Origin: Trichoplax sp. H2
Taxonomy: Eukaryota
Direction: 5' to 3'
Length of the DNA stretch: 64,000 nt
Assembly: GCA_003344405.1 (NCBI GenBank)
Contig: NOWV01000015.1
Span: 1 to 64,000 of the forward strand
Part shown: piece by piece, positions 27,401 to 39,857 of the stretch
How the letters are laid out: each line of letters starts with the position of its first letter
Numbering within the stretch: the first letter of the stretch is position 1
The notes under the pieces: model-generated
Seen by the model: only the letters and a program-made list of their open reading frames with translations
Database searches by the model: none
What the model was told of the DNA's origin: nothing
Translations under genes and position numbers: made by a program

Positions 27401-28386
27401 TTCAATTTGATTGTCAAGTTCACTTAGTGGCGGCGACTCTAGATTAGTATAGTATAAAACTTATATTACATTGATGTTGTAACAGCTAAAATATGTTTGA
27501 TCTGTATGATTGTATGGCATAATGAGTGAATTGAATACTGTAGTTCATACTAATGTTATTATCTAAAAGTCAATTTAATTTAATTTGCTAATAATCATAT
27601 AAGGATATAGGTATTATCAATATTTCAAGCTTTTAAAAATGCAGTAACAATATATCTGAAGTCTTACACAAAATGGCCAACAAAAGTGATAAATTCTACC
27701 TTATTTGATTTTTAAAAAATATTACTACTCGCCAAAATACTCTCAGCTATCAACGAATAACCGTGCATAAGAGCATTAGCTGATTCAGTGTATAAGCAAA
27801 TCAGTCATTTTCAACAAAGCCTCCACATCAATATATGTATGTTACGTTTGTATATCTAGTGTGCCATGATTATAATCTACTAAACAAATCGTGTTAAAGA
27901 TACAAGTAACTTGTCCTACAAGAACCTTGATTGCGGCTTATTTCATGGGCAATATCGAATCTACTAATGCATCGTAAGCCATTTTTCAGTTCCTCAAAGG
28001 TGGAATACGTGTATGAGCCACGTTTCTGGTACCAGATATAGAGAAATGTCATCGCTTGATCAACTATGTTATAATTTTTTGCCTTAATTGCTTCAATGTC
28101 AATTAAAGGATCTAATATCGCTGCTAATTTTATCCAGTCCATGTCAATCTTGTTTGCAATTCTGAAAAAAACGGCTGTAGGATCTATAAAGCGCATAAAA
28201 TACACCAATCTTAAACATGCGGTAGCAGAAAAATGCTAACAGTTTGCAGTTCGAATTATTAATTATTAATAGAATAATCAAGTTATTAAACGAAACAATC
28301 AATTCGATTAACTTTCCTAATCGTAACAACGTTGAATTTAAGAATCGATATTCAAGGTAAGGTTACGGACCTTCTATGCTATCCAT
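21414..28386 (-). CDS. Roco-family gene B: DD - DD - Roc GTPase - COR - DD, ~10 coding exons, ~1080 aa
   Basis: Exons: 28386-28371 (MDSIE); 28183-27926 (DD1, FFRIANKIDMDWIKLAAIL...RFDIAHEI); 27438-27367; 27135-26884 (DD2); 26623-26552; 26407-26348; 25577-25518; 25252-23132 (Roc-COR: GPQNVGKS, WDFAGQ, LIGTHAD, YLHDLGEIVY); ~22128-22066 (acceptor uncertain); 21685-21414 (DD, IFVSIANNIKSAKLEEFGRRLYLS...LLEAWYSEFG...IADQL). All are phase 1. The ORF-track start at 25403 is intronic. Confidence 0.8.
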
Positions 28387-30389
28387 TTTTGGTAAGCGGA
28401 GAGCTTGTTAATTTTATGCCTGAAACCTGAAATTCAGAATATGAATGAAAGCCGACTGCTATCATTTTAAGGATAAGTAATACATAGAAAGGAAGTAATG
28501 ATGCTGATATAAATTATTGATACCTTCAGGAGGACTTATTTTTCTCGATTATTCTTTTTATGTGGATTATTCAATCGGATGCTTGCTATCCGTTCAAATT
28601 TTGTTTCTTTGGACAATCGTAGAAAATTAGTACCAATAGTTATTATATTTCGCGCTGAATCAAACGGTAACACCAAAACATTAATTATTATTTTATCTAC
28701 TTATCTAATATTGATAACTTTTTTTATTAAAACAGTAGTGATATCAAAAAACTCTAGCTATTGCAATTATTCACTATCAAATTTAAAATCAATGATGCAG
28801 TTTAAAAATTATCGTAGCTATTCCACATTCCATCTCTAATAGACTGAGAATTCAAAATTACAAGACGCTTTACAAGGCGCTTTACAAGACATGAACAAGA
28901 TAAAAAATAGTACAACAGCAATGATCGCAGATTAATTGTAAAATTTCTGTACCGAAATTAGGTTAGCGTTGCTTTTTAAAAGTATACGCGTTAAAGTACG
29001 AACAGAATGCCAGTTCAAGACTACCGATAATTGTTAATGTTACAGTTATAACATCTCGATTATGATATTATAAGTAGGCGTCCTCATTTCTTATTAAGTC
29101 TCATTTTATTACATAAATGAGTGTTTTTGGATAATATTTTGCTGCAATAATGCTAATAATTTAATATAAAAAGGATGACAAATTGAGCAAGTATTGAATA
29201 ATTATTAAGATGATCTTAGCATCGGTTAACGTACACGGTTCACATTTTACTTTGATTAATTCACATCCTACGCAACAAGTTATCTAAATTCGTTGCCTAG
29301 ATCTTATGACATCAGGTAAATCCGATATATAGGCTAATTGAAGTCTAAACTTCAAAATTATATAATCTTAAAAGTTATTACCTCGTTAATTAGCGATGAT
29401 TGCTACTTTGTCTAATACGAGAAAGAAGCTTTTTTTACTGTACAGAATCTTACAGCAAAAGTGTACTTCAAATGGGAAACCAAATGAGTTTCAGTTGATT
29501 CAAAAAGGTATTAATAGGAGTAAACTGAGTGACGTTTTCAAAATTTCCAAAACAAGCTATTAGGTAGTCATCCAAATTGTGTCAAATCTCTTTACTACGC
29601 TATAACTAGGTATAATCAAGCCTTTTATGTAGTCTTCTTTTTCGATCAGTATGCGTCGATGATCATGCCTTAACTGGTCTATTGCCGAATTTACCGCTCA
29701 TAGCTAGCAATAACGGACTCAGTTGGAGTAATAGGCCACCCAAACATTAGTCAATCTTAGCGCATTTGGACAGTAAGATTAATCGAACATGTCTATATAA
29801 CTGTAGTAGATTAATTATAATTATCTATTTTTTAGCGAATTACGTACTTTTACCACTGTCACATGACGCCCACAACGCGATAATGGTAATTAGCTAAAAA
29901 ATCAAAAATCAATTTTATAAAATTACGTTGTAAAGTTCTATGTAGGCCAACTAGTTGGTTCCAACTGTAGATTAGCCCGAGCTGATCCTCTATAAATGGC
30001 CTCCTATGCAATTAGCGCTTTTTGGCTCTATAAAATGATTTCGTACCAGTTGATGACATGAGATAGACAAGTAAATAACCATTGTAGGTCACACTAAGAT
30101 TCAATACGTGCTTCGAGTGTTCTAAACTGGCGCACAGGATAGGTAGGCTTTCTACTAGACTGCAATTGTACATTTAGCGGCATTGATGATCATGACCGCG
30201 GCAAATGGCCTACTATTATACACTTTGCGCACTTTGACTATAAAGAATTCATTTGGCAGTGAAAGGAAACTCTTTCTGAAATGATATCCCAGCTAATGTG
30301 TGACTTATAAATGATCATTTTACTAGGATTTACTTAGCACTGTGAGAGTAATAAACTACCGCAAACGGGTAGGCAATCTCGATACATGT

Positions 30390-31247
30390 GTTTAGAAAGA
30401 TTAATCAACTATTTATCAAAGTAGAGTATAGATATCTTTTTGGGCAGCGAATCATGTGATTTCTCTACGATCACATGATCTCATTTACATAATAAAAATG
30501 CCGCTTTAATAAGGTAAAATCAATCTTGCTGTTTGCTTTAATAGACTACGATGGAGATAACGTCAATACTAGATCCATCGATGTTTATAATCGGAAAAGT
30601 TGTGGTTCTCTTGGATTTACTATCATCCGATTGACAATAATTATCTGTTTAGCTTATACTAATGGTTTCAGATTTGTGGAGACTTTGCCAATAACGGTAA
30701 AAGTGTTGCAAATTAACCAATAGATCTATTTTCTTGAGGGATGCGTTGGCTCTTGTTNNNNNNNNNNNNNNNNNNNNGTTTAGAAAGATTAATCAACTAT
30801 TTATCAAAGTATAGTATAGATATCTTTTTGGGCAGCGAATCATGTGATTTCTCTACGATCACATGATCTCATTTACATAATAAAAATACCGCTTTAATAA
30901 GGTAAAATCAATCTTGCTGTTTGCTTTGATAGACTGCGATGGAGATAACGTCAATATTAGACATTACTCGGCCATTACGCGTATTGCCCCGGCCAAAGTC
31001 CGAAATCTAGGATTTGCTGGACTTGGGCCGGGCAATACGCGTATTGGCCGAACTTCGGGTTTTGGCCGTAACAGTTATAATCGGAAAAGTTGTGGTTCTC
31101 TTGGATTTACTATCATCCGATTGACAATAATTATCTGTTTAGCTTATACTAATGGTTTTAGATTTGTGGAAACTTTGCCAATAACGGTAAAAGTGTTGCA
31201 AATTAACCAATAGATCTATTTTCTTGAGGGATGCGTTGGCTCTTGTT
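30390..31247. other. Assembly gap (N 30758-30777) with an uncollapsed allelic overlap: 30390-30757 vs 30778-31247
   Basis: Near-identical sequence on both sides of the N run. The second copy carries an extra ~100-bp GC-rich insert. Confidence 0.8.
30958..31074. mobile_element. Short GC-rich inverted-repeat (MITE-like) insertion present in only one of the two overlap copies
   Basis: tcggccattacgcgtattgccccggccaaagtcc (30968-31001) is a near-perfect reverse complement of ggacttgggccgggcaatacgcgtattggccga (31019-31051). It is absent at the equivalent site near 30570-30585. No clean target-site duplication is visible. Confidence 0.5.
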
Positions 31248-31314
31248 AATGCCTTGTAAACGCTGTTTTCATTCTTGCAGTTGAAGAAGTGCTAAAGCAA
31301 GTGAATAGTGAAAA

Positions 31315-34300
31315 ATGAGTAACTTTTTTCAAAAACTTGGAAAAATTGGGGCTGAAATTGACAAGTCAACTAGGCATTTTTTAAGGGATGCTGAAGATGA
31401 AATAGAGAGAGCATCTTCGCGCATAGGGGATGAACTCGCGAGAGTATCTACGCGGGTAAGACGTTCCTTGCGTCGGGGGTCTTCAACGGAATCCTCAGAG
31501 GAAGAATTAGAAGAAATAAAGATTGAAAATAATGCAATCGAAGCTACTGCGGGGGCTGAATTTTCCAACACAGAATTATCTAATGACCCGAAAATGTCGG
31601 CAGACATTCCTACAACTGAAGCTACCAAATCAGGTACCAAAAATCCTGTAGTAGATAATTTAAAATGACTGTAAGATTTAAAGACTCTGGATAGGATAGA
31701 AGTGAGTTATGGAATTATTTCTCTAGATCAGCAACTAGAAAAATCTTTGACTATTAATGCATTACTTTCCAATGCGTTGCCCCAAACTCTACCATATTTA
31801 TAAGTACATCAGCTTTCAATTATAAATTGATTTTCGCAAATCATCGCCAAGATAGTCCTGACTAAACTGATTGTTAGATAAATCTATGCATAACTTTTGA
31901 TTTTTTTAATCAACAAACTGCGGTACTATACAATCAGCTGTAATAAGTTCGAAATCATTTGATCGAATTAGTATTGTGCAAAACACTCCATCCTATGCTG
32001 CCTTTAATTACTATTTCTATAAGAATTAGTTGTTGCAGAAGCTACATGGACTGTTCAATCTTCAATGTAAATCATATAATTCGAAAGTAATTTTGAATAG
32101 AGTTCTATGGTTTAAAATGACAGCCATGTTCTGTTTTTGTTCGGTATATTGCCTATTAATAGATATTAAAGCGTGGTTTAACCTAATTAGTTGGACTAAT
32201 TATAATAAAAATTTATTATATCATCATTGCATGTCATATACGTACTAGTTTTTGTAGCACCTTACAGCTATTTGTGGCACTTTACGTGGGCTGCTCTAAT
32301 AAATATGTTATTGTGCCTAAATATTTCATAGAACAAGAGTACCATGAAGCTTACCACAAAGCAAAAAAGCATGGATTCTGTCGTAATGACTTCATCCGCT
32401 TTCTCATAACTGGTCCTCAAAATGTTGGCAAGTCATGCCTTATTCAAGCATTAATTTATCAAGGACAGATCAATAAGGTGGAAGCTACAACTGCCGCAGA
32501 TATCATATCTGAACTACTAAATCTGATAACTTATAATATGGACGATAAGTCAATAAATGAATTTAAGAAAATCTTAGATAATAAAGTCAATACAGCGATA
32601 GAGACGGTTAGAATATTAGTCAAGAAACCATCAAACTCATTGAATTCTCAAGTCGATGACGATTCACAATCTACTACGGAATCGAAAGATGAATCTAATA
32701 GTGTAGTAATGATAGATAATACTCCAATTGAAGAAGAATTTCTGAATAAATCAGTTTCCTTAGATATTTTGGCAAAATATTTTCAACAAAATCGTAATTT
32801 ACAGACACAATTTCAGCCAGATTATTGCCGATATGCCAAATTGTGGGATTTCGCTGGCCATTCTATCTACCATGTAACTCATCAACCATTTCTATCTGAT
32901 CATTGCATCTATATTTTGGTTTTAGACATGTCTCGAGACATTGATAGCTATGTCATTAATAGGGAAGGTCAAGAGCTAAACTTGACTTACCTTGATACAT
33001 TACAAGAATGGCTAACTTCCATAATTTGTAGCCGTCGGGATCAATGTGTGACAAGAGCTTTAATTGATAACGCTTGGGAAGAAATTGCTTGGCCTGTCAT
33101 TATTCTAGTAGGTACACATGCTGATAAAATAGGCGATGGACAGGCTTGCAAGCTACGATTTAGTGAATTTACTTGCAAGCTACGACAAGAATTTCCCGCT
33201 TATGCTAAAAATATATACGGTTCAGGGCTCATATTTAACTGTGATGATTTAGATAATACTACAGGTGTTATTGAGCAACGTCAACGTGATTGCTCTGTCT
33301 TACATAATATCATGAAACAATTTGTGATTAATTCTCCAATTATCGATAACTTTAGTAAAATTCCGATTCGATGGTATCCCATGGTAGCTCTATTGCATAA
33401 TTTCTCCAACATTAAAGATGCAGAAAGTGCAAATGGAGACTATCAACAAGTAGAAGCGATTAGTAAAATCATATCGACTGAAGATGTACAACGATTAGCT
33501 GAAAAACATTATTTATGCGATAAAGATGAAGATATTCGAATGATGTTATCGTATCTACATGACATCGGTGAAATTGTATACTGTCGAAAAGGATCTGCTA
33601 AGGGCATGATTGTGACTCAAGTTGAATGGCTTTTGAATATTTTTCGTTCTATCATTCAACTACGTAAACCTCATACTAAAGGTTTAGCTACGACAGATGA
33701 ATATGAAAAGGCGAGAAATACAGGCATTATGTCATTTTCTTACATCGACTTCCAACTGAATAAGCTTAACGTGGCAGAAGATGAGAAGAAATACATACTC
33801 GATCTAATGGAATCACACGATATGATTTGCAAAATCAACTCTAACAATCTTGATAGTACCAGCGAAAACGTCCAATATTATGTCCCCTATCTATTTCGCT
33901 GGATAAGTCAAGATATCGATTCGAGTCAATTTAAAACATCCAATTGGCTTTACATTGGATATGAACGTTGCCATATACCTTATATCCCAGATGGTATTTT
34001 ATTTTGTCTCCTTATTTCATGCTTAAAAGAATGGAAAAACTGTATTATTGAGCCTGGATATAAGTGTGCTAAATATCGATTTAAAGATGATTATTACGAT
34101 ATTATTATTAAGAAAGTGAAATCATATATTGCTCTTCAATACCGTTATCGAGATCTGAGTGACAATCCCGAGTTACAAGAAGAAATTGAACAAAAGATGA
34201 CAGAATCAATCCAGAAAAATAAACCTTACGAGTTTGTTCGACATAAAATAGAATTACTAATTGAAGAGAGAATGCCAACCTGCCACCCATTTCGAAGTCA

Positions 34301-35732
34301 CTATTTCACAAGATGCCCTCACTGTCAGGCTTTCAATATGATTGAAAAAAGCTTAGAAAATAGTGGTAAAATATTTTGTGACTGTAACGAAATTTACGAT
34401 CACGCATCTTCTCATGGATGGATAGCTGGTAGGGTAATAATAAGTACTACTAGTTAAAATCATATTATCTATTAGTTTATCAGACATGCAACAACTGTAC
34501 CTTTGATGCTGTAATTATCTAGTATTGCATTTTAAGATTTTCACTAATTCAGCAGTATAGCCAATTGATCTCAATTTATTAATTATTACTTGTTTAATAG
34601 AATGTCTCTTACCATCATACAAATCACAGGTAGTAAAAAATAACATGAATAATAATTGACGTTTTCACTCTATTTTCCTACAATAACGCGATTCAATACT
34701 GATGATGATTTAAATTAGGCTTTAATTAAAGAAACACTTACGCTTCAGTAATGATAAGACTAAATCTAAAAGGATAAATGACAGTCGATGATCCAAATAA
34801 TCATTACGTAACGATATAAATAAACATTAAGATCTTCATTCTCGACATAACTCGATCACATGTATTATTTTAGCTTGTACATTGAATAAAACGAAAGTTT
34901 CAAGAAAACTGGCCAGGTTCAAATCGGATGATAATCTAAAAGAATCGAATCTAAATAACCTGTTACACAATGGTAAGTAATGAAATTGCTCTTCATCAAT
35001 ACCAAAATATCTTAAAACAGAGAGTTATCTTTGACATTTTAGCTATAGTACTGTCGTTATTTGATATATTGTTTATAACTCATTGCCAACATGATTTCCT
35101 CGCATAGCAGAACATAAATGAGAATGTTAATGCCTGTATTGTTGATATAATTTCTCACCCAGCAATGAAACCAATACTCATTAAAACCAAAATTCGTAAT
35201 AATTGATGAAAGGTCGCATTAGCCGATACCAGTAGGATACGATAATGCACAGTTATAAGAGTAAAATCCAAAAGCAATAATCTTTTACAATTTAAAGTAG
35301 TAAAACACATTTAGACTTGATTGCAATTATGATGTGAAAGCTACCTGATGTAATCGTTAGTGATATTTTAGCTGCTTCAGTAAAGTAATTTACATGTATA
35401 TTCAGGCACAAATTACGCTCAAGTAATGCAATAAATTTCGCATTTCAGAGAGTAAAAGAAATCAGTGCTTTATCACTATTGCTGATAATATGAACGGAAA
35501 AAAGTTGAAAGAATTTGGCTGGAGATTAGGTTTATCTTCTATAGATGTAGGAGACATTGTTGATAGCAATGAAGAAAGATTTGCAAAGTGCATGAAATTG
35601 CTGGAAGCATGGCATCTTAAATTTGCGTCAAAAGGGAATAAGGATAGTTTATTGGAGGCCTTAAATAGTTGTAAACTTGCTAATATAAGTGATAGACTTA
35701 TCAAGATATTTACTATCGATGATAAAAATTAA
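31315..35732 (+). CDS. Roco-family gene C: N-terminal helical/acidic region - Roc GTPase - COR - DD, 4 coding exons, ~930 aa
   Basis: Exons: 31315-31633 (MSNFFQKLGKIGAEIDKSTRHFLRD..., phase-1 donor); 32332-34428 (EQEYHEAY...GPQNVGKS...WDFAGH...LVGTHAD...YLHDIGEIVY...YYVPYL); 34874-34972; 35449-35732 (DD, CFITIADNMNGKKLKEFGWRLGLS...LLEAWHLKF...LANISDRL). Confidence 0.8.
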
Positions 35733-36639
35733 ATTCAATCTCTTTTGAAAGCACTCTAGGCTGCAGTATTATACTGTCACAAAACAGCTTTGCAACAAGA
35801 TAACGCAATATACGATCAATAAGTCAATTCATTGAACCACGTATCAAGGAACGATATCTGCACTATCACGAACACTTTTGCTCTACTAGCAGACTAGACA
35901 AAGACTTAAACGCCTCGTATTTTTCGTTAAACACTAAGTTGGAGAAATTCTTCTTTATTTCACGATATACTACATTTATATACTATTCCTCAATAGTGCA
36001 TGAGTCATAGTTAATACAATTAACATTGGAATCATTTACTGAATTAGATATTAATTATAGCTACTGCTCCCTTAATGCAGACAACAGTATTTACAAACAT
36101 AGACATGTAATGACTAATACAGAATAGCCAGATTACGATATGTCCTATCACGGAACATTTCCATGATAATTTACAGTCTACCATAAGTAAATTACAATCA
36201 CAATGATTCGAACTGTAAGCAAATGATTGGCATTCCGTATTATAACTATTAATTTCAGTATGTGTATAAGTGTCACTGTCATAAAAAGTCAGTGCTATAT
36301 TAAAACACAGTATATCCAAATTATAAGTTAACTAAATAAGGATAGTCTAACAGAATTATCCTAACATAGATATTTCTACTGTAATACAGTATTTAACACT
36401 GTAACATATGCTTACGTCGTTATTAAAGTGAATACTAAAATTAAAATGGCAAAAACCAATGCCTTTGTCTACCTTATTATTGATATTTTATACAGGATGT
36501 TGAAGTCCAAAATGCAGTATTTTTATTTATTTACCGATGTGGTCGTTATATAGGCTGATGAAATCCATGGAAAGCTACGAAATTTGAAGCTTATTTTTTT
36601 ACAAGAATGATTAGTTATAGACTTGTTTTAACAAACACT

Positions 36640-37060
36640 ATTTTTATTGAGAAATTTCTTTACTATTGATGCCGCTTTTATGCAGAGAAATAAAAATTAT
36701 ACTAATGGTAATATTGGGCATTTGATTAGATACTAAGATGCAATAATTTCCATTTATCTTAAATTATGCGAAGATAAGCATTGGTAAATGATTATGGCTA
36801 TCGGATTAGTTACGCATGTTAGTATTTTGGGAGATATTTCTATGTATATTTTTATTGAAATATTTCTTTACTATTGACGCTGCTTTTATGCAGAGAAATA
36901 AAAATTATGCCAACGATAATAATATTGGGCATTTAATTCGATACTAAGATGCAATAATTTGCATTTATCATAAATTATGCAAAGATACGCATTGGTAAAT
37001 GGTTATACCTATCGGATTAGTTACGCGTATTTATATTTTTTGAGATGCTTCTATGTATAT
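36640..37060. repeat. Direct tandem duplication, 2 x ~205 bp
   Basis: tttttattga..atttctttactattga.gc.gcttttatgcagagaaataaaaattat...tcggattagttacgc occurs at ~36640 and ~36848. Confidence 0.85.
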
Positions 37061-37377
37061 ATATCGCTGATAATACAAATTCAATTAAAGTAATCGGATT
37101 TGGTCGAAAGTTATATTTATCTCATAATGATGTTGACGATATAGCCAATTCGAATGGTACCAGATTTGATAAGTTTATTTATCTTTTGGAGGAATGGCAC
37201 TCTCAATTTGCCTCCACAGCAACGTTTGATATATTATTAGAAACTTTGTATTCTAGTACTGAAGTAGTAGTAGCTGAGAAGTTGAAGAAGAAATACCCTA
37301 TATCAAGTAGAAGTGGAGCTAAGACACGATTTACGAGTACTGTATTGTATTTTAGGATAATTATCCACAATATCTAA
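37045..37377 (+). pseudogene. Orphan duplicate death-domain exon downstream of gene C
   Basis: YIADNTNSIKVIGFGRKLYLSHNDVDDIANSNGTRFDKFIYLLEEWHSQF...VAEKLKKKY is homologous to the terminal DD exons of genes B and C. The frame is open, but the 5' end abuts a tandem duplication and I found no phase-1-compatible acceptor. Confidence 0.55.
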
Positions 37378-39433
37378 GCCTAATATTTTCAATATGCAAG
37401 ACGTATATAAGTATTACATGATACAACTACATCCTACCTCGCACTCGGTTTTTAGTCGCATTAATACCACACATACGAATCTGATATTTCAAATAATGAT
37501 TGAATTTAACTAAAACCGATTGTTACGCATTCTAGAAAACACGAAGTTAGGTAGCCAATGTACTACTGTAGATAGTTCGACATAGCATATAAGCTATACA
37601 AATAAATAAATCAACTAAGCTTATAGATTGTATTCTTTAACCGCAGTAATTAATAAATGAACTATTTGATTGAGTAAATTTAGAAATATATACCGGTAAC
37701 TAATTTTATAGATGAAGTATTTAGCATTACAGTTTTTACCAAACTAATCTGCTAATAATGCTACCTTTAGTGTAGTTAAACACTTATTGCGCCAATTATT
37801 ATGAGTTATTGATACAATCAGTTAGGTGATGAAAGCAATAAATATCATTATTAGTATCAGGCAAGAAATTTCTTGGCTAATATCGATTCTAAATTTAAGG
37901 TACTATCTGATCTAGGAATTTCCTTTTTGTCTCGGTGCATATAATAAATTTTCTAGTTAATAATTCGCTATACTGTAATCTGTATAATGTCATCTACAAT
38001 CTTCGTAATACATAACTTGGCATTATTCATATGAAACACGCTTCCTGTTAACAAGAGCAGATATTACCTATCAGCCACAAGCAATCATCGATCAACCAAA
38101 GAGAAAACACCGTAAGTTATTTATCGCTGTAAATGAAAGCCTAATCAACAAATCATTACAAAAACTTGTATTGTGACAATTTTATACATGCAAACAGTAA
38201 GAAATCTGTCCTACCAACTCTACTTACGATATTAAAATTAAACATTTCTTAACATCGAACTTAATTTTGGGTTTATACCATAACTATGGACTGTCATTTG
38301 TGCATATACACTGTTCTATTTATTTGACTCACAGCATCTCTTAGGTATAAAACTTTATTGATAAAATCAATAAATGTAGTGGTATGATAAATATTGAATT
38401 GAATTAATTTATCAAGCTATGAATTTTTGTGATTAATTTATGTTTATTACATTGAAATATGGTTTTTGATATTGCCTGCTATAATCATTTAAAACTTTAC
38501 CGCTACTTAATCACTGCATCCTAAATTTGTAATCAATTTAATATCGCTATAAATCTATCTCTCTGATAAATATTCTCTTCGTAAGTAGCTACGTAGTAAC
38601 TAAATTACCAGTGGTATGTGTTATTTAGGGCGAAAATTGAAAAACTCTGAAGATATTAAAAAAGACACAGGTAATTACAACTATAGGCACATTTTAATGC
38701 TATTATGGTTTCATCACAATTTTAAGGATATTATTTATCCTTCTATGGTCGTTAAAATTTAATTATTATAAGGATTTGTCAAACTTTACTTAAAGTTATG
38801 TTTATACAAGATATTTAGCTGTACAGATATTGTAACATGAGATAAAGACATTCCAACCGGTGATTGTCACTTATAGTGATTAGCTAATAAAGTCATAATG
38901 TACATAAAACTATCAAAAATTGAACTTCACTGCGTGGTGATGACTATTATTGTATTATTAATGTAGCTTTTCACTTAGTATATAAGATCAAAGCTTACCG
39001 ATACGTGAATTTTCATATAAGTCAAACACAGTAACATTTCACCTACAAATAATCAAAGCTAAATTGGCGCCTTTTGACTAAGCATAATCGATTAATTAGT
39101 TGTTTTTAACAATTAGTGTTGCTTACAAATGTTTTCTAGACATTTATATTATTCTTCTAAAAGCAAGTCTCATAATAACATATTAAGTTGCAAGACATAA
39201 ATTTAAATCTAAGAGCATCACTGCGTTGCGACACAAGTATATGAGGAAAAGCAATCGAATAATTGCTCGGTTTCTTGGTAATCTATATGCTATTTTTCAT
39301 TTTTTCCTCCAGTAAGGCTCGATAATGAGTAATGTAAAGATCGTCTTGGATTCGCATTCCATACATGCAAATGTAATAAAACCTGTTCTACTAGCTGTAC
39401 TTAGACTGCAAGGAATAAAAAGAATTTTATAAT

Positions 39434-39857
39434 ATCAATAGTTGGTAATTTCAGATTATTACGTACAGTTTTCGTATTTTATTAAGTACAGCTTTTTTCG
39501 AAACTTGAGCTCTATAGGGTACGATGCGCTTACTGAATAGAAATTGCTATCATTTATTTTTCAATTAATTTATAGGCAAAGAATTTTCTTTGCTAATATC
39601 GATATTACATTGCACAACTACGACATTCATTTAAAACGTAATTTAGTTATATTACTTCGCAGTATATGATGAATTCGATATGAAGCCATTTCTTTGCTTC
39701 ACCATTTATTTGTAAGCAGCCATTAATAATCATTAATTTAACAATTGTGAATCTTATTCAAATCAAAAGGGGTTGATTTTGAAGACACTCGAAAAGACAC
39801 AGGTACTTCTATTTAAAGAAACAATTTGATATTTTCCGGAATTCTTTGTAATTTTAT
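39434..39857 (+). repeat. Recent ~425-bp duplicate of gene D intron/micro-exon segment 44655-45079
   Basis: Near-identical sequence from atcaatagttggtaatttcagattattacgtacag to ggaattctttgtaattttat, including the 33-nt exon GGGTTGATTTTGAAGACACTCGAAAAGACACAG. Confidence 0.9.

Noticed and set aside
28523-28620. Possible additional coding exon of gene B
   Set aside because: It has a donor but an in-frame stop in the required phase; more likely 5' UTR.
30526-31213. Two similar short ORFs (65 and 99 aa)
   Set aside because: Non-ATG starts, no recognisable domain, and produced by the gap-flanking duplicate in a promoter/UTR region.
34601-34629. Candidate 29-nt exon in gene C
   Set aside because: The length is not divisible by 3 and would break the frame between the neighbouring phase-1 exons.
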